Below, piece after piece: positions 47,134 to 54,558 of a DNA stretch of 54,558 nucleotides. Every line of letters starts with the position of its first letter. Position 1 is the first letter of the stretch. Below the pieces are notes generated by a model. The model was not told the origin of the DNA. It ran no database searches and saw nothing but the letters and a program-made list of their open reading frames with translations. The position numbers and the translations under genes were made by a program. The stretch is from a virus (lineage: Duplodnaviria; Caudoviricetes): the IMG/VR virus record IMGVR_UViG_3300013125_000008, positions 1 to 54,558 of that record; one strand, 5' to 3'.

Positions 47134-47510
47134 ATAATTTCTTTCAATCTTCTATTTTTATTATTAGTTTTCATCGAGTAGATTACTACGAGTTGCTAAC
47201 AGAAGATTTATTACGCCGGGGATATAAAAATTTTAGCATTATAAATAATAATTTTACGTATTATGTATAAAAGAAAAAACTATAGCCGGGCGCTTATCGG
47301 AAATTTCGACTGATTGTTTTTGATAATTTTATAGAGATTTTCTATAGCCTTCTTTGCGCTTGCGCGTAGGTAGATAAGGTAGCAAAATGAAGGCGGTTAA
47401 ATAAGAATCACGTACTTTTGAAAGAGATATCGTGTTTTATAATAAAAAATGCAGTACGAATTTTTTTTTCGGCGTAGCTAAAGCTTCAAGAATATAAAAA
47501 AGATAATAAG

Positions 47511-48617
47511 ATGCATATTATAGTTACCGGCGGCGCCGGATTTATTGGTTCAAATCTTGTTAACTCACTTACTTGCGATCGACATACAGTATTAGTAATA
47601 GATAATCTTTGCAGCGGAGATCTCAGCAGGCTGAAATGTTCGAAGCTGAAGTATGCTGAAGACTCTGCGTGCCCCGGTGAGATTAAGCAACTTTCCTCTA
47701 AGCTGTTCTTTTTAAACGCTAATTTGCTTGTCGAGGACCTTAACGCTCTTCTGCTACGGTGGTTTACTTATATTGATAAGCCAGTGGATTGGTTTATCCA
47801 TCTCGCTGCGCATCCGCAATTGCAATCTCCTTCAGCAGACCAAAATATCAGCGTATTATCTTATAATTTAGCGATAGATAATCGTGTTCACGAATTAGTC
47901 TCATCCTTTTCTAAAAGTTCCGCAGTCGGTTGTATAAAGCATTTTTTATATACGAGTGATTCTGTCGCGTTCGATCAAGGCCGGCAAAGTCTGCGAAAAG
48001 CTAATCGTCGATTGTTAGAAAAAGATCTTTATGCAACTGCTTTAGAAAGCGGCAAGGGGTGGAGTAAATTAATTGGACATGTTTTAACTGCGTATTTAGA
48101 AAAAATTACTAAAATTCCTAGTTATACTATAATTCTGCATAGCGTTTACGGACAAAATTGTAATTATACAACGCCGTCTTCTAATAACCTCGGTTATCTA
48201 TTATACTCAAGTTATTTTCTGCGTTCTAAGAAAGCTGCCGCAATTGAGTGCTGCGATTTTGCGGATCTTAAAAGTGATTTGCTTCATGTGGATGATGTTA
48301 TAAGAGGCGTAAGAGAATTGCTTGTTTATAAGCCTTTGAAGCACAGAGTAATTCAATTATGTTCCGGGACTTCTTATTCTAGCTCTACTGTTTTAGCCGT
48401 AGTCTCTAAGGTAATTTTCGATAAGACTCAAAAAACTGTTTGCTATACAGAGAGAGTTCTAGATAGAGTACAGCGGGCCGGTAATAGAAAATTAGCGAAA
48501 ACGCTTTTTAAGTGGCAACCGGAGATTTCTCTTGAGCAAGGCGTTGAAATGTTATTCGATTGGATTAAAGAAGATTTCGCTAAGAAGACTGATATCTTAG
48601 ACGCGGATAATTGTTGA
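47511..48617 (+). CDS. NAD-dependent epimerase/dehydratase (extended SDR), apparently lacking catalytic Tyr
   Basis: IIVTGGAGFIGS Rossmann motif, FIHLAA, VYG, LHVDD, WQPEISLEQG; expected YxxxK reads KGWSK. Confidence 0.75.
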   Translation: MHIIVTGGAGFIGSNLVNSLTCDRHTVLVIDNLCSGDLSRLKCSKLKYAEDSACPGEIKQLSSKLFFLNANLLVEDLNALLLRWFTYIDKPVDWFIHLAAHPQLQSPSADQNISVLSYNLAIDNRVHELVSSFSKSSAVGCIKHFLYTSDSVAFDQGRQSLRKANRRLLEKDLYATALESGKGWSKLIGHVLTAYLEKITKIPSYTIILHSVYGQNCNYTTPSSNNLGYLLYSSYFLRSKKAAAIECCDFADLKSDLLHVDDVIRGVRELLVYKPLKHRVIQLCSGTSYSSSTVLAVVSKVIFDKTQKTVCYTERVLDRVQRAGNRKLAKTLFKWQPEISLEQGVEMLFDWIKEDFAKKTDILDADNC

Positions 48618-48712
48618 CATGGCTCATAGCTTTTGAAAGTAAAGTAATTTATTAAGTATCTTAGACGATTTGAAAAACTAGTACATATTAATCATACTCC
48701 TGATATTCATAT

Positions 48713-49363
48713 ATGTTATACAGCGATGCTTTTTCTTTTTATACGCGCAAGCTTTCTGCACCTTGTTTTTCTCCGTTGTCGGCTGCGGAAGAGAGAGAGT
48801 TAATCTTGCAGTATAGCGAAACGCGATCACAGGAACTTTTCACAAAACTTACTAATTCATATTTGCGGTTTGTTTTATACGTGCTTAAAAGCTTTAAAAT
48901 TCCCGATTCCGTGGATATTATGGATATAGTACAAGAAGGTAACATAGGATTAATGGAAAGCATTACACGATTTAATCCTCAAAAATATCAATGTCGAATT
49001 ACTACTTACAGTATTTTTTGGATTCGATTATATATTTCTGCTGCGCTTTCGCAGCATCAAAAACTTACTTCTGTTTTTAGCGCTCTTCCGGAAGATTCTG
49101 ATCCGAAAGTTCCTGTTAGCGGCGTTGACGAATTCGGGGTTGACGAGGTCAGCGCAGACATTGTAAAGTATATACTTCCAGTACTGGATGGTAGAGAGAA
49201 GAGCGTGATTGTTCAATTTTTTGGATTACTTCCTCCCTATCAGCCAAAGACGTTACAAGAGATTGGATCGATGTTACATATACATTTGGAGAGGGTGCGG
49301 CAAATAAAAGATGCTGCTTTGCAAAAGCTTAAAAAATCAGACATTGCGCTCATCGCGCGATAA
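48713..49363 (+). CDS. phage-encoded sigma-70 family RNA polymerase sigma factor
   Basis: Region 1.2 PLSAAEERELI; region 2 LRFV..., DIVQEGNIGLMESITRFNP, TYSIFWIR; region 4 LDGREKSVI..FFGL, TLQEIG...ERVRQIK. Confidence 0.9.
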   Translation: MLYSDAFSFYTRKLSAPCFSPLSAAEERELILQYSETRSQELFTKLTNSYLRFVLYVLKSFKIPDSVDIMDIVQEGNIGLMESITRFNPQKYQCRITTYSIFWIRLYISAALSQHQKLTSVFSALPEDSDPKVPVSGVDEFGVDEVSADIVKYILPVLDGREKSVIVQFFGLLPPYQPKTLQEIGSMLHIHLERVRQIKDAALQKLKKSDIALIAR

Positions 49364-49387
49364 TTATTATCACAAGGAGTCTATTAT

Positions 49388-52138
49388 ATGGCACTATCAT
49401 TTAAGAGGGTATTTACTCAAGCGGGGGTACATCCGTACGATACGGTGATTTGGAAGAAGTTTACAGCGGAGATTACAGATGCAGACGGTAATGTTAAATT
49501 TCATCAGGATAATGTTGAATTCCCGGATTTTTATTCGCAAAATGCTGTTAATATTTGCGCATCGAAGTATTTTGCTGGCGCTTTAAACAGCAGCGAGAGA
49601 GAGTACTCATTACGCCAGTTATTTGATAGAGTAACCGATACGCAGACCGGCTGGGGATTAGAACAAGGTTATTTTGGAGATTCTGAAAAACGGTATTACG
49701 CAAGGTACAGAAAAATTAGTTCTCGCCATACTCCAAACGCTGTTATTTTTAATGAAGAGATGAAATACCTTCAATTACATCAGTATTTTGCGTTTAATTC
49801 TCCGGTGTATTTTAACGTAGGCAATAAATGGAGCGATCCGCAGATTGCAGCATGTTTTATTGTTTCCTGCGAGGATACGCTTGAATCGATTGAAGATAAT
49901 GTGAAAGTTGAGATGGAGATCTTTAGAAGAGGCAGCGGAGCTGGATCTAATCGCTCTAATCTTCGAAGTTCTAAAGAAAGTATTTCAGGAGGAGGCAAGT
50001 CTTCCGGACCGTGCTCTTTCATGAAAATTTATGATGTAGGAGCTAGTACTACAAAAAGCGGTGGTAAAAGTCGTAGAGCCGCTAAAATGGAAAGTTTAAA
50101 CGTAGATCACGGGGACATTCGAGAGTTTATTTGGCTTAAGAAGAAAGAAGAAGATAAGGCTAAAGCGTTGATTGCTGCAGGTTGGTCGGATAGATTTGAT
50201 GATCCCGATGGAGCGTACAGTTCCATATTTTTTCAAAACAGCAATATGTCTGTTCGCGCTTCTGATAATTTTATGCGTAAAGCGCTTTCTAATGACGGAT
50301 GGGATTTGTTAGCTCGAAATCCTTCCGCGGTTGCGCCAGAAGATTTATTATCCGCCGTGAGTCATCATTTAGTAGATGATAAGTATTATAAAGTGCTAGA
50401 GCATGTACAGGCAGCAGAGTTACTGAAGGAGATCGCACAGTGTACGTGGGAAACAGGAGATCCCGGAATGCAATTTCATGATACGATAAATAAATGGCAT
50501 ACGTGCGCAGCAGATGGAAAGATAAATGCAAGTAATCCTTGCAGTGAGTATATGTTCCTAGACGACACGTCTTGTAATCTCGGGTCTAATAATTTATTAC
50601 GGTTTTGGGATTCAGATGTCGGGTTTTATACTTCTCGTTTTCAGGCAGCGATAGCGCTTGAAGTAATAGCGATGGATATAATGATTTCTCCTGCCGTATA
50701 TCCGACTCAAAAAATAGCCGAGCGTACTAAACTTTATCGAACGCTTGGGGTAGGATATACAAATCTCGGAGCTTTATTATTAGCAAATGCTTTGCCGTAT
50801 AATAGTCGCCAAGCTCGTAATTATGCGGCAGCTATAACAGCGTTGATGCATTTTTCAGCATACGCTGCAAGTAGTGATTTAGCTGCCGCCCTTGCGCCGT
50901 TTGATCGATGGAAAGCGAACAAAGACGGAATGCTTCGGGTATTAAGCGAGCACGCGGCTGCATTAGACGTATATGTACCGGAAGATTGTAAAGAGCCGAG
51001 CATATTCTTAGCAGCAAAGGCAGTTAAAGAAAGATTACTTTCTAAAGGTAAGAACCTTAGCTTCAGGAACGCTCAGGTTACTGTTCTTGCTCCTACGGGA
51101 ACAATAGCGTTTCTTATGGATTGTGACACGACAAGCATTGAGCCGATATTATTTCTTGTTACTTATAAGAAATTAGTAGGCGGCGGGGAAATGATATTAA
51201 CTATACCTTCCGCAAAGCTTAGTATGCAGAAATTAGGCTATAGCGAGGAAGATATTGCAAAATTTACAAAATTTATTGCCGAGCACAATACTGTTGTAGG
51301 TTCGGGAATGAATAAAACGCATTATAAAGTTTTTCAAACCGCGTTTGGAGACGATAGCTTATCTGCTGATGCGCATTTGCAAATGATGGCAGCAGTGCAG
51401 CCGTTTTTAAGCGGTGCAATTTCGAAAACCGTTAATCTTCCTAATTCTGCAACCGTAGAGGATATAGCACAGACGTATTTAAAAGCTTGGAAATTAGGGC
51501 TTAAAGCGGTAGCTTTATATAGAGACGGGTGCAAGGGCAGTCAGCCGTTGTCGGGAAAAAGTGAAAAAAATAAAATTACAGATCTTAATATAGAAGCTGC
51601 GCAAGATTTTTTATCTAACGGTCGACCGAAGCCGGTAAGGAAGAAATTAGCGAATACGCGAGAGGCTAAAACTCATAAGTTTAGCGTAGGTGGACATGAA
51701 GGTTATCTTACTTCTGGATTTTACGATGATAGCGTAATAGGAGAGTTTTTCTTAAGAATGGCTAAAGAAGGCTCTACAATTTCAGGGCTAGCTGATGCTT
51801 GGGCAACTACGGTTTCCATCGGTCTACAGTACGGTATTCCATTATCGGTATTTGTTAATAAGTTAAAAGGATTGCGATTTGAACCGCAGGGTTTGACAGA
51901 GAATGAGAATATTCGGTTTGCTACCTCTCTTGTAGATTATGTTATGAGATACCTTGAGCTTCAAGCGGTTTCTCTTGATAAAGACGCGCATTTGCCTTAC
52001 GAGAGTGCTCTAGAGGCGAGTCCTGTAAGTCTCAAACGCTTTAGCGGAGATACTTGCAGCAGATGCGGCGGACTTATTTATAAGACGGGGACCTGCAACA
52101 CTTGCAGCAGTTGTGGAGATACAGGAGGGTGCGGCTGA
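49388..52138 (+). CDS. nrdJ: class II (adenosylcobalamin-dependent) ribonucleotide reductase with C-terminal TSCPD and Zn ribbon
   Basis: FNSPVYFNVG, ACFI, KSGGKSRRAAKM, NASNPCSEY (thiyl Cys), APTGTI, GAISKTVN, YRDGCK, C-term CSRCG...CSSCG. Confidence 0.95.
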   Translation: MALSFKRVFTQAGVHPYDTVIWKKFTAEITDADGNVKFHQDNVEFPDFYSQNAVNICASKYFAGALNSSEREYSLRQLFDRVTDTQTGWGLEQGYFGDSEKRYYARYRKISSRHTPNAVIFNEEMKYLQLHQYFAFNSPVYFNVGNKWSDPQIAACFIVSCEDTLESIEDNVKVEMEIFRRGSGAGSNRSNLRSSKESISGGGKSSGPCSFMKIYDVGASTTKSGGKSRRAAKMESLNVDHGDIREFIWLKKKEEDKAKALIAAGWSDRFDDPDGAYSSIFFQNSNMSVRASDNFMRKALSNDGWDLLARNPSAVAPEDLLSAVSHHLVDDKYYKVLEHVQAAELLKEIAQCTWETGDPGMQFHDTINKWHTCAADGKINASNPCSEYMFLDDTSCNLGSNNLLRFWDSDVGFYTSRFQAAIALEVIAMDIMISPAVYPTQKIAERTKLYRTLGVGYTNLGALLLANALPYNSRQARNYAAAITALMHFSAYAASSDLAAALAPFDRWKANKDGMLRVLSEHAAALDVYVPEDCKEPSIFLAAKAVKERLLSKGKNLSFRNAQVTVLAPTGTIAFLMDCDTTSIEPILFLVTYKKLVGGGEMILTIPSAKLSMQKLGYSEEDIAKFTKFIAEHNTVVGSGMNKTHYKVFQTAFGDDSLSADAHLQMMAAVQPFLSGAISKTVNLPNSATVEDIAQTYLKAWKLGLKAVALYRDGCKGSQPLSGKSEKNKITDLNIEAAQDFLSNGRPKPVRKKLANTREAKTHKFSVGGHEGYLTSGFYDDSVIGEFFLRMAKEGSTISGLADAWATTVSIGLQYGIPLSVFVNKLKGLRFEPQGLTENENIRFATSLVDYVMRYLELQAVSLDKDAHLPYESALEASPVSLKRFSGDTCSRCGGLIYKTGTCNTCSSCGDTGGCG

Positions 52139-52839
52139 TGTCAGTTTTTTCAATAGCACAGATTCAATTGCCGGTTTTTATTCCTAGTAGAAATAAAGGA
52201 CATGCAGACGTATTAGCCTCATGTGAAATAGGGGGTACGTGTTGTACAGACGCGTACGCTTATAACCTTATTCAAAGTATAATAGAAAAGCGGAAAGCTA
52301 GTTTTACAATAGATACAGTGAAAGAGATTTTAGTAACAGCATCTAAGCAGTACGAAGGATTTAAAAATCTTTTCTTGTCTGTTTCCTTTCTTTATCAATT
52401 AGATAGAGTTTCTGCGGGCTTTTTACAGGCGTCTTACGAGCTTCCGTGTACGTTATACGCTCAAGTAACTTCCACGGGAGAAATAGATTACTCTCTGCAT
52501 AGTATAACATTACCTATTAGATTATTTTCTACTATTTCAATACCCGCTACGTTAAAGTTTGAGGTAAAAAATCTTAAAAAGCAATTTTTTTTAGAAGATT
52601 TGTTAGATTATGTTGTTCAAAAAACTGGAACGCGTTTGTATCCGATAGTAGCAGAGCAAGATTTGCTGCTATTGAGTGGAGTGCTGGATAAGGGGAAATC
52701 TTTAAAAGAGTATACGGATATTTTTTTAAAATCATCTGGGCTCGGAGAAGAGCATACAGTAAGCGTGTTTTTTACAGATATCTATAGTATGTACGCTATT
52801 ACACAAGTAATTAAAAGTCAGGAAGTAAATGAACTCTAA
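52138..52839 (+). CDS. degenerate FolE2 (GTP cyclohydrolase IB)-like T-fold protein
   Basis: VSFLYQLDR, FFLEDLLD...LYPIV..QD segments echo FolE2; adjacent to queE; catalytic CPCS, HNQR, ESIH motifs not seen; ATG 52138 overlaps nrdJ TGA. Confidence 0.4.
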   Translation: MSVFSIAQIQLPVFIPSRNKGHADVLASCEIGGTCCTDAYAYNLIQSIIEKRKASFTIDTVKEILVTASKQYEGFKNLFLSVSFLYQLDRVSAGFLQASYELPCTLYAQVTSTGEIDYSLHSITLPIRLFSTISIPATLKFEVKNLKKQFFLEDLLDYVVQKTGTRLYPIVAEQDLLLLSGVLDKGKSLKEYTDIFLKSSGLGEEHTVSVFFTDIYSMYAITQVIKSQEVNEL

Positions 52840-53584
52840 ATTGATAGTATCTGAAATTTTTTATAGTATTCAAGGTGAAGGGCCGTACGTCGGCTATCCG
52901 GCAGTTTTTCTTCGTTTAGCTGGTTGTAATCTTACTTGTAAGGGTTGGTCTACTGAAAAGCACGATAAGCATTTAGGATGCGATACAGCAGACGTGTGGA
53001 GAAAAGGAAAGGTTTATACCGTAGAATCCCTTCTTAAAAAATTAATTGATGATGGTTTTATGCGGTATTTTACTAATGCTGCGCATCTTGTGATTACCGG
53101 CGGAGAGCCCTTACTTCAGCAAGCAGCGGTGATTAAGTTTATTAAAGCTTTACGGATTTCGGTAAGTAAGCTTTTTATAGAGATAGAAACGAACGGTACA
53201 ATCGTTCCATCAAAGGAGTTATTATTCGAAGTTAATCATTTTAATGTTTCGCCGAAACTTTCATCCGGTGGAGATGCATATGCAAAGCGGTTTAACGAAG
53301 CTGCTTTAAATGCCTTTGCTCCGTGTACACAGCATATATACTTTCCGTTTACTTCTATTTTTAAATTTGTTATTTCTTCAGCCGACGATTTGCAAGAAGT
53401 GTTGGCAGATTACCTTTTAGCTTTTGAAATTCCCGCGGATAAAGTATGGTTAATGCCAGAGGGTGCAACTCATGCGGATGTACAAACTCATAGTAAAGAA
53501 GTAATAAGTTATTGTAAGGAGTACGGATTTAAATTTTCTCCCAGATTACATATTCATGTATGGGAGCAGACAACCGGAGTCTAA
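52829..53584 (+). CDS. queE: 7-carboxy-7-deazaguanine synthase (radical SAM)
   Basis: VSEIFYSIQGEG, VFLRLAGCNLTC...CDT, LVITGGEPLLQ, IETNGT, VSPKL, FKFVI, LMPEG, SPRLH. Confidence 0.9.
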   Translation: MNSKLIVSEIFYSIQGEGPYVGYPAVFLRLAGCNLTCKGWSTEKHDKHLGCDTADVWRKGKVYTVESLLKKLIDDGFMRYFTNAAHLVITGGEPLLQQAAVIKFIKALRISVSKLFIEIETNGTIVPSKELLFEVNHFNVSPKLSSGGDAYAKRFNEAALNAFAPCTQHIYFPFTSIFKFVISSADDLQEVLADYLLAFEIPADKVWLMPEGATHADVQTHSKEVISYCKEYGFKFSPRLHIHVWEQTTGV

Positions 53585-53605
53585 TACGGAAGGAAGAGAT
53601 AGATA

Positions 53606-53896
53606 ATGATTAGTATAGAAGAAATTAAAGAAAAAATTGTAGAAGAGGTATCTGCTCGCACCGGAGTTCCTGTACCTCGATCTACGCACGCTGGTATTAT
53701 TAATATTTTGAATCTTCTTCCGTCGCTTGGATATCAAATTGTTCCTTCTGCTGCAGAACTAACAGCTACGTCGATTATGCAATTAGAAGATATTATGAAA
53801 AGTTGGATCGATCCTGTTCCAGACACGATTAATATAGAACAAATTTTTCATGATCTTGCCGCTTTAAATTGGATAATCTTGCCTCCTACTTCCTAG
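53606..53896 (+). CDS. hypothetical protein
   Basis: 96 aa ORF between queE and helicase. Confidence 0.55.
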   Translation: MISIEEIKEKIVEEVSARTGVPVPRSTHAGIINILNLLPSLGYQIVPSAAELTATSIMQLEDIMKSWIDPVPDTINIEQIFHDLAALNWIILPPTS

Positions 53897-53914
53897 CTCG
53901 TGTATGATAGTAAT

Positions 53915-54558
53915 ATGATTAAGATACATTTTACACCTGTTTGGTGTACGCTCGAGCATAGCTTAGTAGAATTAGATGCTTTTTTATATGAGAAATTAGC
54001 ATTTCAAGAAACCGGCTTCTTTTTTTCTCAAGCTTTTCAAAACCGCGGATGGGACGGAGTTACCCGGCTTTATTATTTGAAAACTAAGAGGTTTAGGTCT
54101 GGATTGCTTGAGAGAGTTAAGCAGTTACTTGCCGAAAATAATTATGCTTATGAAGTATGTGGATTTCCTGAAGGTGTTCTCAATCCCTGTCTTAATTTAA
54201 TTACAGTTCCATTAAGGCCGTATCAAGAAAGCTGTGTCACTACGTTATTAGATAAGCGTTTTGGGATATTAAAAGCCCCGCCGAGATCAGGAAAGACAAA
54301 TATAGCAGCGGCCGTGATTGCAGCCGAAGAGCAGTTTCCGGTACTTTTTTTTTGCAGAAGCTTAGATTTAGCTAAGCAAACTATTCAAAGATTTCAAGAT
54401 CTTTTACCTAATAGACAAATAGGATTAGTAGGAGACGGAATTTTTAAGCTGCGAGAAATTACAGTAATGACTGTTCAAAGTGTATATTCGGCGTTTGATA
54501 AGAAGTACGATGTTCCGAAAGCGCAATTAGAAAAAGGAATAGCAGATATTTGGCAGAA
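53915..54558 (+). CDS. 3'-truncated SF2 (UvsW-like) DNA helicase
   Basis: Open from ATG 53915 to window end: GWDGVTRLY, Q motif LRPYQ, Walker A APPRSGKT, LAKQT, VMTVQS. Confidence 0.85.
   Translation, partial: MIKIHFTPVWCTLEHSLVELDAFLYEKLAFQETGFFFSQAFQNRGWDGVTRLYYLKTKRFRSGLLERVKQLLAENNYAYEVCGFPEGVLNPCLNLITVPLRPYQESCVTTLLDKRFGILKAPPRSGKTNIAAAVIAAEEQFPVLFFCRSLDLAKQTIQRFQDLLPNRQIGLVGDGIFKLREITVMTVQSVYSAFDKKYDVPKAQLEKGIADIWQ

Noticed and set aside
39092-47510. tRNA genes in the long intergenic gaps
   Set aside because: No cloverleaf or T-loop GTTCGA pattern recognised by eye; tRNAscan would be decisive.
49388-52138. Intein or intron in nrdJ
   Set aside because: ORF is continuous and of normal length with no intein splice or LAGLIDADG motifs visible.
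741-53737. Minus-strand and nested alternate-frame ORFs in the ORF track
   Set aside because: They lie inside convincing + strand genes, lack recognisable motifs and are typical shadow ORFs.
4698-53915. TAG recoding (4 of 10 TAG-ending genes read straight into the next gene: 19269, 34399, 41198, 53896)
   Set aside because: Close to chance expectation; long conserved genes (nrdJ, sheath, MCP) are intact under code 11, and readthrough would fuse normally separate proteins such as tube and chaperone.

Overview
AT-rich, densely coded segment of a large contractile-tailed (myovirus-like) bacteriophage genome; every credible gene is on the + strand and standard code 11 gives intact genes. Order: partial HRxDGPA-repeat protein, portal, Zn-finger prohead protease, a block of probable capsid-internal cargo proteins (Nudix; HAD phosphatase + 2H phosphoesterase polyprotein; small motif-sharing proteins), scaffold, head decoration, major capsid, neck, an inserted receiver(REC)-PAS-membrane anchor trio fused transcriptionally to a holin/lysozyme/spanin cassette, neck/tail completion, sheath, tube, chaperones, tape measure, baseplate hub/spike/wedge, amidase, CHAP and fibre genes (to 39091); then a glycosyltransferase/methyltransferase/SDR cluster, a sigma-70-family factor, class II ribonucleotide reductase, a degenerate FolE2-like gene, QueE and a partial UvsW-like helicase. 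Most notable: (1) a [S/T]-G-S tripeptide is strongly concentrated in exterior virion proteins and essentially absent from interior and non-structural proteins, next to five glycosyltransferase domains - a candidate phage-encoded virion O-glycosylation system with its own sequon; (2) a REC + PAS sensory pair embedded in the lysis cassette; (3) putative head-packaged enzyme polyproteins that share short targeting/cleavage-like motifs. All functional calls are from motif recognition by eye; no database searches were run and counts are manual.
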